Source: Camelus dromedarius (lineage: Eukaryota). From it: DNA of 64,000 bases. The position numbers and the translations under genes are program-made. Under the pieces are notes generated by a model. It was not told the origin of the DNA and did no database searches. It saw only the letters and a program-made list of their open reading frames with translations. The stretch is from positions 99,946,001 through 100,010,000 of the forward strand of contig NC_087472.1 of the NCBI RefSeq assembly GCF_036321535.1. Direction: 5' to 3'. This document shows, piece by piece, positions 51,865 through 64,000 of the stretch (position 1 is the first letter of the stretch; each line of letters opens with the position of its first letter).

Positions 51865-52600
51865 TTTTTAATAATTTTTTTATTTTAGAATAGTTTTAGA
51901 TTTATAGAAAAGTCAGGAAGTTAATACAGAGTTCCCACATACCCCACACCCAGTTTCCTCTGTTGTTAACATCTTACATAAATGTGGTACAGTTGTCCCA
52001 ATTAATGAACCAATATTGATACATGATTATTAACTCAAGTCTGTCCTTTATTTAGATTTCCTTAGTTTTTACCTAAAGTTCCTTTTCTCTTCCAGGATCC
52101 CAGCCGGGATACCACATTACATTTGCTTACCCTGTCTCCCTGGGCTCCTCTGGGCTGTGACAGTTTCTCAGACCTGCTATGTCTTTGATAACCTTGGCAA
52201 TTTGGGGGAGTTTTGTAGGATGTCCTTAAATTGGCATTTGCCTAATGTTTTCCTCATGATCGTGCTGAAGTGATGAGTTTCAAGGAGGAAGACCACAGAG
52301 GTGTAGGGCCCTCCTCATCATATCGGCTCAAGGGTACATTCTCTCCACGTGACTTCTCACTGCTGATGTTGACCTCCATCACTTGGCTGAGGTGGTGTTC
52401 GTCAGGTCTCTCCACTGTCAAGCTGGTATGTTTTTTTCCCCTTTTCTACATTCGACTTTTTGAAAAGAAGTAATGATGTGCCCCTTACCCTTAAGGAGCG
52501 AGGAATTAAGCTTAGCTCCTTTAGGGAGGAGTATCTGTGTTAATTCTTCTTCTGCACAGATTATTTGTCTCATCTCTCCCATCCTAATTAGGTCTTGATA
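51865..52600 (-). mobile_element. L1MC/L1MD-type LINE-1 3' region
   Basis: tagttttagatttatagaaaag...cacacccagtttcc...gttaacatcttacat...aattaatgaaccaatattgataca...ccaggatccc. Confidence 0.8.
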
Positions 52601-52957
52601 AGGTGATTTCTTATCTGTCCTCTGATTCCACATACTAATTCAGTGGCACTTGCATCACACTTGCCATTTACAGCCAAGTGACATTTCCCACATGTTCTTT
52701 GGCGTGTTACACGAACAGATCTAGGTCTTACTCACCCAAGCAGATTGCCAGTTTCTCGAGGACTGGGACAGCATCTTATTCAAAGCTCCTTACACACCAC
52801 GAGTGGTTAATAAATCTCGAATAAATGCTAAATTTAAAAATTAAGCATACTTAATAACAGACCAGTCATCCAAGTCTATGTATATGAGAACTGTGGTCAG
52901 GTGAGGATACTGTTGATATGTGGTATCCTGCTTTGTAAAGTCGTCATGAATTTGTCA

Positions 52958-53205
52958 TAGTAGCTAATAGGCTACTTACTGTGTGCCGGGCACTTTTATA
53001 AGCCCTTTACTTATATTACTTATTTAATCTTCCAGACAACCCTGTATCTTGGTGTTATTATCCCCATTTTATAGATCAGGAAACTGAGGTGAACAGGGGT
53101 TAAATAAGCTGCTCAAGATCACACAACCAGGAAGTGACCCAGCTGGGAATTTGATCTCAGACATTCTGGCTCTTCGAGTTTTGAACTCTTAACCACTGGG
53201 CTCTG
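52958..53205 (-). mobile_element. MIR SINE
   Basis: ttactgtgtgccgggcact...tattatccccattttatagatcaggaaactgagg...ctcttaaccact. Confidence 0.8.
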
Positions 53206-53349
53206 AATTCATTACAATGGTAATTAAAATGATATCTCATCTGGGGAAGAAACAGGATTGCTCTTGAAACACTTTATTCCAACCTGTTAGGATACTAGGA
53301 TACGGCTGATGACATGACTGGCAACAGTCTTGCTCTGTTTTTCCTAGGG

Positions 53350-53911
53350 GAAGTGTTTCTATAAAGGCACGGCTGTTTTTCCTTCTTCAGTTCTTTTTTT
53401 ACTGTGTAATTTCTGTGTCGTACAGCTAATTTGATTTCTTTAAAATACAGGCATTTCCACGATGGGCATTTCATTGTACAAACCATATATTTTCGACCTC
53501 CCTCGTCCCCTTCCAGTCATGTTATCTGTTGAGAGTGGGCTTTTTATTTTTCTTGCTGACGTTTTTAAACAGGAGTGGTGGCTAGGTCCTGCCAAATAAA
53601 CACTCCCCGGTGTGTTCCTTGTCCGGATGGTCACACCTGTGGGTTGGAGGCGGCAGCCTGGATTCTTGCAGCGATGCGGGCGAGGGAGGAGGACTTCTCG
53701 CGAAGCCACCCAAGCCATGAATCGGCTCTGGCTTCCTGAACCATAAACAAATGCGAGCTTTGTTCTCCCCATTGCTCATTTGGTCCCAAGTATGACTCAG
53801 GGTTAGGCTGGGTCCTTCAGGCTCTGTGCCTTTGGCTGTTGGAAGGAAGTGGGAGGGTTCCAGGGTAGTTCTGGGACCTTTTCAAACTGAAGAGAGGAGG
53901 CTGCCTGCATG
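53350..53911 (+). promoter_or_regulatory. Putative internal promoter and 5' UTR of the MGEE isoform
   Basis: Local CpG enrichment at about 53600-53760 in an otherwise CpG-poor intron. TATAAA at 53360, FOX-like AAATAAACA at about 53594, TCTCGCGA at 53696, AP-1 TGACTCA at 53793-53799. The TSS cannot be determined from sequence. Confidence 0.5.
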
Positions 53912-53923
53912 ATGGGAGAAGAG
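53912..53923 (+). CDS. SH3KBP1: Coding end (MGEE) of an internal alternative first exon for a short SH3KBP1 isoform
   Basis: ATG ATG GGA GAA GAG|gtattt. The second ATG has strong Kozak context (-3 A, +4 G) and there is an upstream in-frame TGA at 53888-53890. The phase-0 donor matches the phase-0 end of the 42246-42451 exon. I recall a short CIN85/Ruk isoform beginning MGEE. Confidence 0.7.
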
Positions 53924-56049
53924 GTATTTCCTTTTCTTTTTTTCTTTTTTTTTTCTTTTAGAGTTGGAATAAATTCCCTTCACTTATGTCTTATCTATAC
54001 CATTCTGTAACAAGATTTGTAATGGGTTGGCCTTGGTGGGTTAAAATGAAGTGTTTGCAGCTAAGATCCCCCAAGGAGCAGGGGGCTGTGGATGTGCTAA
54101 GGAGCAACCTATAATGTGGAGGATTCTTCTCAAAAGTCAAATGCTGCACTGGAACTATTTAGCTGTTTTAAATGCCGCCCCCCCCCCCTTTGGTCAGTTC
54201 GGCCATTAATTTTTACAGATGTTTCCAATTTCTCTGTGTCTTGAGTTTTCATGTGCTCGTGCTACAGAGAGTAATTTGGATGGGCAGTTTGCACAAGCAG
54301 TAACTGTTACACCATGTCACCGAAATGTTTAGCAATTACAGATGTTTGTGCAGTAAACAAACCCAGCTTGCTCTCCAGGTTAGCTTAGGAGAGAGCACGT
54401 CCACGCAGAACGGGCCAGCTCTGGGGTGTATCTGTCTTGCGGGGTGTGGACGTTGAAGTTTTCCTGGGAAGTGGAGAAGCTGTGAGTAGTGACTTCTGGG
54501 TGCTGTTGAACTGCTTTTTATCAAGGTAAAGATTTTTGACTGATTTGGTAGTCCTGGCCATTTATATTCATTGGCTCATATACAGAGTAAAATAGAGACA
54601 CTCAATTATTTGATTTTCTAAAAGTTTGCTGCTAATAGGTGGTCTGGTTTCTCTCTGTGAATTGTTCATATTTGTCTATCTAAAAGCAGAAGTCTGTCAT
54701 TTTCCAAACACAAAATAAAATTCCCTAATTAAACCACAGGATAAGTGAGGCTTACAATGCGTCATATGTCTTCCATATTGCTGTTTCTCGTTGCAAAAAA
54801 ATGTTAACGGGAGAGTTGGTGATATCTATAAAATATGTCCCTTTATGTCTTTCTTCTGTCAGCTTTAACTTACAATGTTTACAAAATTACAAAAAAAAAA
54901 GAAAAATAATATGACAAAAAGGAAGCAAATTATTTTAACACATTATTTTAAGAGTAGGAGGACTTCTTGAAAAGTTTTTTAATGGCGTCTGTTACTTGTA
55001 GAAGGGTGTGAGTGCAGGCAGCAGTTGGCTAAAATAAAAAATAGATTAATCTGCAATGGCTTGAAAGAATTTTCCTATTGAAAGATACCTTAAATTTACT
55101 GATTATTATTATTGCTGGATGTTACCGATCTGAGTTCTGAAAAGTAAAAATCAGAATTAGGTATTTATGTGCAAAATTCACATGGTGACTCTTCATTTGG
55201 GAAATGAGCGAAAACTTGATGGATTGTAAGTTGTGAAATATGGAAAAGTCTTGGCGATGGCATTGGCTTCTCTCGAGAGAGAGCTTTTTTTGTCTCCCTC
55301 AGACTAGGGCCGGGAGATGGGACAGGAAGGGTGGCCCCTAGGACCTTTAAAGGTTGGTGACCTATAAACTACTCATTGTGCTGAGTGCCCCCCAAACTTT
55401 TTGCTTGTTTGTTTCTCAAAATGGAAATAGCTGTTATTTCTCTGACTACAGGAGCCCTTTGCAACAATTTTAATAATAATAAAAACTGAAAGTTACAGAA
55501 TGTGAAGAAACAAATAGAAATGGCCCTTAATCCTATTACCCAGGAGTAACTATAGTCACCATTTTATATGTATCCTTGCAGACTTTTATCTGAGCCTGAC
55601 TGTACATGCAGTACACACATCACTCTTCATACAATAATGAGGTCATATTCAATGTCACCTGTTTTTAAAACTTAACATATTATGGGCCCCCCTTTTCTGT
55701 CAGATAGCTGCATGATCATTCATTGTCAAGATGTGCCACCACTTACCGAACTAATCCCCATGCAGTAACTATTTAGGTTGCTGTCATATTTTTAATATGA
55801 AAAACAACATTCTTGTATATGCATCATTGTACCTTCCCTGATTATTCCCTTTGGCTGAATTTTTAAAAGAGGAATTTACAGGCTCACTTAATTCTGCTTT
55901 GTTTTGTTTTCAATGAAAATAACCCAAGTATACAGTTAAAAAAAATCCAACAGAACAAAACTAAGACTTTCTCAATCCCACACTCAGCTTTACTTCCCAG
56001 TGGAAATCCCCATAAAAGCTTTCTGTGTACTCTGTAAAAATGTAGAATC

Positions 56050-56800
56050 TTTTTATTGTGGTAAAATATATATAACACAATACCATTTTATTCCTTTTTA
56101 AATGTACAATTCAGTGGCATAAAATATATTCACATCATTATACAACCATCATCACCATCCATCTCCAGAACTTTATCATCCCAAACAGAAACTTTGTACT
56201 CATTAAATGATAACTCTCAATCCCCTTCCCCTTCCCCCATTCTACTTTCTGTCTCTACCAATTTGACTACTCATATAAATGCATTCATAAAATATTTGCC
56301 CTCATATAAATGGATTCATAAAATATTTGCCCTTTTGTGGTTTATTTCAGTTAGCATAGTGTCTTCAAGGTTCATCCATGTTGTAGCATGTGTCAGCATT
56401 TCTTTCCTCTTTAAGGCTGAATAATACTCCATTGCACGGATATATCACAATTTGTTTAATCATTTCTCCATTGATAGACATTTAGGTTTTTCCACCTTTT
56501 GACTACTGTGAATAATGCTACAGTGAACACTGGCATACTCAAACCCTGTTTGAGTCCCTGCTTTTAGTTCTTTTGGGTATATCCCTAGGAGTGGAATCAC
56601 TAGGTCATCTGGTAATTCTATTTTTAATTTTTGGGAGAACTGCCATACTGTTTTCCACAGTGGCTGTATCATTTTGCATTCCCACCAGCATTGCACAAGT
56701 GTTCTGGTTTCTCCAAATCCTTGCCAACACTTGTCATTTTCTGTTTGTTTTTTAAATAATAGCCATCCTAATGGGTGTGAAATGGTATTACATTGTGGTT
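56050..56800 (-). mobile_element. L1MB-like LINE-1 3' end
   Basis: ttttattgtggtaaaatatatataaca... The minus-strand ORF 56460-56696 (CWWECKMIQPLWKTVW...IPLLGIYPKELK) is the L1 ORF2 C-terminus. Confidence 0.9.
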
Positions 56801-59800
56801 GGAATCGGTGTTTACCATATGTTCATACTGCCTTTTACTAAGAGGAAAGGATATTGTTCTTCTTCTTAGAATAATGTGTTGAGGAAAATGTCTTCTGTCT
56901 GAGAATCCCCAATAACTGGCCAGTCGGTTACACAGTCCCAAGAGATTACAAATTGCTTAAAGGGAGGACTAGTTCCCCCTGTTCCTGCAGCTCCTGAAGA
57001 AAAGATGAGTGGAGGGCCTCAGTGGTTGGTTGGATTCAGAGGTTTAAGGGTGACGGGCTGCTGCCTCTCACCTAGCCCCACACAGGTTTTTAGAGAGCAG
57101 ATTCCAAAGCATTCTTTGAGAAAAGATGAATTTCTCTTTTGCACTCTTTTAATTCTAAATACTAGTACCTGTGTTATCTTATGTTGTGGGGAAAAACAGT
57201 TTTATGATGGATTTTCTTTCCTCACCTTCTGCTCTGAAATTCCTTGGCAACAGGAAATGAAAGTCCTTCCTTTGACACATTAATTGCTGAAGCATTCATT
57301 TGCTTCAATTGGCATTCTTCAGTGGGGCAGGCTGAAGTATCTGTATTTTATCGTGGCTCGCTTTTATTCTTATATTAATAATTATTTCATAATATTTATA
57401 ATCCTAGAGTTTGTAGACGCTTTTGGTTCCTGAAATTCCAGGTTTTAAAATTTTCTATGTGGCCATTAAAATGATGATGTTAATTTACCGAGCTTGTCCT
57501 TTTCTCTCTGAGATTTTTCACTAGCTGGAAAATGATGTTCTAGGCAACTAGACTTCAACAGGATGATTAAGTTTAATGTCCTATGAAAACTGACAACTTT
57601 AAAACAAGCCATCTAGCTTACTCTGCATGGTGGTATGTCTTTGCTTACATTTAAAGAATTTTGATCACAGAGATCAGATAGTCACTCAGCAACCTCTTTT
57701 TTACTTTTCTGTGGCATCTGAGGCCATTTAAAAACTATGAGATGACAGCCTATTCTCAACTCAGACTTTTAATGTTGGAGGCTAAATCCTAAATAAATGT
57801 ATACTCACAAAAATGCTCTTGGATGCAGAAGTACAGGAACCCCTACTTACACCTCTAATAGAGATTTCTCTCTGTCTCAACTTGGGCTATAAAATTAACA
57901 ATTTACATATTAGTAGTTTGCCAGAATTGCCTTAAGAGCTACTTCTTTATCAAAAGGCCATCGTTAAGCCATCTGACAGATGGCCTGTGACTCCAGAGTG
58001 TCGCCTCAATTAAACTAATCCTTGAATTTTTAGGAATAAAATAGGCAGTGCATGGAAAATTGAAGGCAGGCATTTGGGGTCCCAATCACTTAGACACTGT
58101 ATTTCTGTTTTCCTCATTTAAGATGAGGAAGTTAGAGGTGGCAAAGATGGATTTACTGCCTCATTTTTTGTTTTCTTCTTTCACTTACTAAGCATTTTCA
58201 CCCACCAGTGATTTTAATATGTTTTGCTCCATTTGTTTTGGTAGCATCTGCTCAGTCTTTTCTTTTTGTTTTGATTTCTTAGTTGAGGTTCTCATTTTTT
58301 CTCTCTGCTAGAGACAGCTTTTCTGAAACTTCTTGGGTATCTTTTCTAGACTATTAACAGAATTGATAATAAGGTAATGATGTAACATGTCAAGACTTTA
58401 GTTCCCGAAGTTGTCCAAATTTGTCCTCGTGGTACAGTACTTAACACTGTCCAGTTACTGTGTTGGGTGAGCTGGCCACATTAGATGTCTTATATGTCTC
58501 AGTTTTAGATTTAGTTTCTTTTGCTTCAAACCCCAGTATTCTCTCTACATCCAGGTGTTGTTAGAAGCAGAGAAGGTAGACTTGCTCATAATTTAGAACC
58601 CTATTTTTTCAAGTGATGTGAATACAGATACTGTTATTTTTGACTCAGAAGAGGCTGAGACATTACAAAGATGGTAACTCTATGCCTGTGCACGTAACTG
58701 ATCTGCCTAAGCAGTACATGTTGTATTGTCGATTTGCAGTATAGAGGTGAGCAGCATGTAACTGATGGGTGACTTTACTATGCTTTCCAGTTAAGGATTA
58801 TGGGATCTCTGACATTTTGGTGTAATTTTTGTATTCGTTGCCCAAGAGCTCAAACAACTCCAGGTTTTTCTGACTGGAGCCTTCAGTCATAGGTCATTAG
58901 GCAGGAGAGGAGAAAAGTGGTTCAGATAAGAGATGACAAGGGGTCTTGAGAAAATTAATGAAAAACCGAAAGATTTCCAGCTGGGTCGGGGGGCATCATA
59001 GGTTCCAGGTACTAAAAATGGTTTTATGGGGCCACAGAGCAGTATATTTGTGTGTAGCTCAAGCCTGACATTAGTCTAGAAACTCCTTATGAAATGAAGG
59101 TCTAACATGGGTTAATTGTCTTGTCATGAGATTGAATGACTAGGAAGAGGCAAGGGTATCCTAAGAGGCAATGACAGAAGACAGTGAATGAAGATTATTA
59201 GGAAACAAAAAATCAGAAGATTGCTCAGGAATGTGGAGAAGTGATGGTCATTGTGGCAAGGAGAGAAGGCTAAACAGAGTTGAGGGGGAAATGGAGAATT
59301 ATGTGGGGGCTAATGGCTGACTGTTCTCTGGTACCATTGATGGTTGAAAAAAGGGGATCCCCCTTTAACTTGAGGCATGGTGGCCCACTGGGGAGTAAGG
59401 GATAAATAGCCAGTAGTGAGCACTGATAAGCTCTTCTTTGTCCTGTGGCAGGAAGGGTGTGGAAATCTTTCACTGAAAGTCCCGGTCGAATTGGGTAGAT
59501 GATCATCTGAAACGCATCCGTCTGAAATGAATTAAGTATGATAACTCGGGAGTAGGGAATGGATTATAAACTCCAAAGCACCATTTCTGGTGTTTGTTCT
59601 CCTTTGTCACCATCTCCCGTGAATCTGTATTGTTTTCTCTGTGCCAAGCCTATAGTGAGCCTTTGTGGAAAGCACAAAGGGGAATTGCTGCTCTCGGGAA
59701 CTCAAACGTGGAGAGCGCTGAAATGAACGTTCTCCATTGAATTTCTCAAGACTAGAAAATGCATCGATTGGGATATTTTGCTGTGCACATTGTCTTCCCC

Positions 59801-62574
59801 ACACCCCCATAAAAAACCAAAATATACCTTTAGAAAATAACATATAACCACAAAAAGTGCCACTTAAGGAAACATATAATTAAAATAGGTGATTTCATGT
59901 TTTGTTTTGTCTTTTAAATGAGGGTTTTCTTCCTCTCTATTTTGTGTGATTCGGAGTTTTTGTATATGTTACAGAGAAAGACGAGGAGAATGGGAAAACA
60001 TTTTAGTACAAGAAAATGAGAACATGCGAAATGAGTAATGAAAGACATACCATTTGTTCATATGGTGAGGATCTGATTTGCCTAAAACTCATCAGGCATC
60101 CTAAAGAGAATTTATAGCCTTAAGAGAACTCTTTTTCCTCCTGACACGTGCTACTAAACTAAAGTTTGAAGGAATGAATGAATATGAATGACAGCCAAGC
60201 ACAGACTGAATTTTTGCTCCAGCAGCCCTGAAGTTATTCTACAAAAGGGTTCCTCTTAAAAGTGCATTTATTCAATTCATCCACACCACAAACTTGAATG
60301 CCATTTTTTTAAAAAGTTAGGCTTGATTCTTGAAAGGCTGCAAAATCCAACTATGTTCACATTAAGTGGAGATGACTGTCAGATAGCTGAGAAGTGAAAA
60401 GAACTGTGAAATCTGTATGACTTTTAAGGTTTTGATATACTTAAGTAAATAGTCCTAAGAGCAGGGGAAAAAAATCAAACCTTAAAATTTGGGCGGGGGG
60501 CTGGTTTTCACCACATTTATTTTTCTCTCCTGTTTGAGAAACTGTTTGTAATAATTACTTTGGTTTGTATTAAAAAGAGTTTTTACATGTGAAGAACTGG
60601 AGAACTGGTAGAAAACAGAACAATTAAGCTGTGGACCCTATGCCTATATAGATCACACTCCTTAAATCACGACTTCTTCATATCCTGGGAAATGAGGAAT
60701 CTCTGAGGAATCATACATGAAAAACAGTTGCAAAGTAAATTCAACTCTTTTTACAGTCCCTTTCACATGTATGAATAGGAATTCGTGAGTTTAGTAAGAA
60801 GAGCAGGAAAAATATTTTTTGACTTTGAAAACATTTGATAAAATGACAGTACTTTATTGAGTGAACAGTGTTAATTGAAAATGACTTTATATCATTCACT
60901 TGGTCACTGAGGATATAAACTGATGAAAAACTATAAGTAACGTGATGATAAATGGCGGGGATGCTCTATATGAGTGGGATCTTGTCATAACTCGTTTTAC
61001 AACTGATGTTCTTCACATCCTTACTGAAGACCTGGAAAAGGAAATATAATGACACACTAATGAAAGCTGCATGTTATTTCTAGTGAGGAAGTGTTGCAAA
61101 TCAAGTCAGACCTTATGGAAAGGCATCGATAATGTGGAGAGATAGGCCATCCTTTTTAGCTGTGTTAGTGTGTGCTATTTTCTTAAAACTTTTATTGTAA
61201 AAGTCATCACTGGTTTGTAGAATCACTGGAAAGTAGAAAAATGAAAAAGAAAGTAAAAAAGGGCTAGAATTTAATTACCCTGGGGCCTACACTGTTGGCA
61301 TTTTTTTTTTTTTTGTATTTACTTTTACTCGTCTTGCCCTACGTTTTTAACTGGTTGCGATCATACTACGACATGCATATTTTTTTCGTACACATAATTG
61401 TATATATTTTTTTCACTCAGCACTGTATATAATTTCCCATGTCATTACAAACTTTCAATAGACATCTTTTTAAAAGGCTGCAGAATGTTCAGTTTTACAG
61501 CTACAGATAGCTAGAGGGTCTGAGAGAGCTGGAGTCTGGTGGCTGCACTGACTCCTGTCAACATTATGCCTCAATCTCTCATATTATAGATGAGAACACA
61601 GCACTTTCTTGAAAACATAAAAATAAAAAATAACATAGGAAAGTAATTTGTGCTTGTGGGCCATGGAGCAGTAGGCCTTCTACAAAGGTTTGTTGAATTG
61701 GATGTGCTACCTATAGGATCCAAACAGAATTCCAGTTGGCCCTTCCTGGCTGGTTTTGAAAGAAGCCTTTAAGAGCAGCCTTTGGCAGGAAAGCCTGGCC
61801 CTTTCCAGGTAGAGGACTGTGAATTCAGCTTTTCACGTCGAAGTGTCTGTCAGTAATGTCCACGAGCGGCTTTAGAAATCTGTACCACGTGAGTTTATGG
61901 TCTCAGTTTGCCCCTGTTTCTTAACTGCCTTGGGAGGAGTATCTGTTTGGCCTAGCGATTTCGGATTTTTTCATCCGTGACTGAATGGGTGCCAGGCTTT
62001 GTAAAAGATGGCTTGGGGTGATTTTCTATGGTGGTGTGTTTGCTCCTGAGTATCAAACCGCTCAATAAAAGGCTTTCTGTTCTCTGACAACAGGCCGTTT
62101 TCTCCAGACACACGCCTTGTTTTTCCATCGTTAACAGTAGATAACAGTTTGGATGCCGCCAGAAGCATAGGCCTGTACTTGAGGGGCTTCTGGAACAGTC
62201 TTCCGGCCACTCGCTGTTGGGCGCCACCTTAACCAAAACTTTATTGACCTGAAAGCTCTGTGGGTTGTTGGCTCCAGTACTCATTTCTCCTCTGTGTTCT
62301 GTCTGCCTTTCTTCCCAGGCAGTGACTCCATGGTGATGGCTGTTGCTTTTCTTCTTTGCTCATTTTTCAGAATTACCGCTTTTCTCTGAGCCCATCTCTG
62401 CTGTGTGACTGTCTTGTAAAAGTTGCTCCAGGCTCTCCAGTCCCCAAGCAAAGAGACGGGGCGGTTAACCTGCTGTTTTAAAAAGCTGTTGTCATTGAAA
62501 CAGTCATTCTTTGTAACTAGATTCATAAGGAGGCATTATGATGATTGATTTTTTTAATTTATTCAATAAAATTC

Positions 62575-62725
62575 AATAACCGTAATAATGATTAAGCACT
62601 TTATCTACATTTTTCCATTTAATCGTCTTAGAAAATCTATGAGGTACACATTATCTCCATTTCAGACAAGGAAACTGAGGTTTAGAGAGGTTAAGTAACT
62701 TGCCCAAGATCACGGAGCTGGTAAG
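62575..62725 (-). mobile_element. MIR SINE fragment
   Basis: ctccatttcagacaaggaaactgaggtttagagaggttaagtaacttgcccaagatcac. Confidence 0.8.
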
Positions 62726-62880
62726 TCTGATCTTAGAGAGGATTCCTACTTAATGGTAATTCACTCTTACCACCAGATGCTACCATGAAAGGGGGAATGG
62801 GTTGCTTTATTCCATTGTTCTGTCCCTAGCACCTAGCAAACGCATTGCATGTCGTACTTTTCTCCCTAAATCTGAATGTT

Positions 62881-63427
62881 TTTGGGGTTTTTTAATTACA
62901 AATTTTTATTGTAGTTGATTTATAATGTCCATTTCAGATATACAGCAAAATGATTCAGTGATACATATACAAACATATATATATATATATTTTCTTTTCA
63001 GATTCTTTTCCATTATAGGTTATTACAAGAAATTGAATATAGTTCCCTGTGCTATACAGTAGGTCCTTGTTGTTTATCTATTTTATATATAATAATGTAT
63101 ATCTGTTAATCCCCAACCCCTAATACATCCCTTCCAGCCCTTCCCCTTTTGGTAACTATAGTTTGTTTTCTATGTTGGTGAGTCTGTTTTTGGTTTGTAA
63201 ATAGAATTTGTATCTTCTTTTTTTTTTAGATTCCACATGTAAGTGATATCATATATTTGTCTTTCTCTGTCTGACTTACTTCACTTAATATGATAATCTC
63301 TAGGTCCATCCATGTTGCTGCAGATGGCATTATTTCATTTCTTTTATAGCTGAGCAATATTTCATATGTGTGTGTGTGTGTGTGTGTGTGTATACACCCC
63401 ACATCTTCTTTATCCATTCATCTGTTG
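62881..63427 (-). mobile_element. Artiodactyl-type L1 3' end with TSD and internal (TG)n
   Basis: The minus-strand ORF ends EIMPSAATWMDLEIIILSEVSQTEKDKY (L1 ORF2 C-terminus). TSD taaatctga(a/g)tgtt at 62867-62880 and 63428-63441; (TG)n at about 63367-63390. Confidence 0.9.
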
Positions 63428-64000
63428 TAAATCTGAGTGTTCTTTGATGAATGTTGAATTTATTGTTGACCGAACTAAATGATGAACATTGAGTACCTCT
63501 AGTGTGCAGGGCACATCACAGAATACAAGGATACCAAGACAGACTCCTTGCCCTGCAGCGCTTACAATCCCAGTCAGTTACACAGACACGTACATAAGCG
63601 GTCATAAGTAGAAGGCAGAGGGTAGTGAGTGCTGTTCCAGAGATTCAAAGTAAGTTCAGTAGGAACAGGGGAAAGTGAGAGAGAATTCCAACAATTGGCA
63701 TCCAGGATACTTTCACGGAAGGCACACAATTTGGGTTCACCCTTTATTGTTTAATGTCTTAGTAACTAGTAACTGAAGTGCCCTGAGCTGAATTTGATCT
63801 CTTTTTGAAGGTCTCCGTTCTCGGAGCACCTTGGGGTCATCTTTCTAAGTATTCCGCTCTATGTCTAGAAGATGTAACCAAGGTAGTGCCTAAACTCTGA
63901 GTATATTTAGAAAATTCCTCTTTTGAATAAGTATGTGATGTGAACTCGTTCTTTCTAATAAAAATAAAATACAAAAACAATATCATTGAGTTTTTAACCT

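Larger units (their letters stand above)
1..64000 (+). other. SH3KBP1: Internal part of SH3KBP1 (CIN85/Ruk) transcription unit, from intron 3 to intron 6 (human numbering, from memory)
   Basis: Three in-order, phase-compatible exons with canonical AG/GT ends encode contiguous CIN85 protein. I found neither the preceding nor the following constitutive exon, so the window starts and ends in introns. Confidence 0.95.

Noticed and set aside
56460..56696. Protein-coding ORF on the minus strand (also 63226-63417)
   Set aside because: Decayed L1 ORF2 C-terminal fragments within truncated elements.
18..63417. The large set of 60-150 aa ORFs in the supplied track as independent genes
   Set aside because: They are chance ORFs in intron or repeat sequence, many with non-ATG starts and no recognisable domain. 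Only those overlapping SH3KBP1 exons or L1 ORF2 remnants have meaning.
1..64000. A previously undescribed biological system (nested gene, retrocopy, NUMT, endogenous virus, snoRNA/miRNA cluster)
   Set aside because: I found no long ORF, processed pseudogene, mitochondrial-like tract, retroviral internal region or recognisable ncRNA by eye. Rfam/Infernal and BLASTX searches would be needed to exclude weak cases.

Overview
Mammalian genomic DNA from the middle of the SH3KBP1 (CIN85/Ruk) gene on the + strand. It is probably a camelid, judged from three tRNA-Ala-derived vic-1-type SINEs and artiodactyl-type L1 3' ends; SH3KBP1 is X-linked in eutherians. Three constitutive coding exons are present (19070-19173, 30989-31118, 42246-42451), encoding the second SH3 domain and the following linker; they correspond to human exons 4-6 as I remember them. 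Two frame-preserving cassette exons (60 nt at 31691-31750, 75 nt at 38448-38522) lie between exons 5 and 6. An internal alternative first exon ends at 53923 and encodes (M)MGEE for a short isoform lacking SH3A/B. The rest is intron filled with ordinary L1, L2, MIR, MLT1, MER5B, MER58A, MER119 and Tigger1 remnants and microsatellites. Nearly all ORFs in the supplied track are spurious. I see no convincing new biological system. The most noteworthy items are the isoform-generating elements, a candidate 90-nt poison or alternative-start exon, a 163-bp intronic inverted repeat, a twin-primed (5'-inverted) L1 with a large internal deletion, and an ETS motif cluster. Repeat subfamily names are recognised from memory and their boundaries are approximate.
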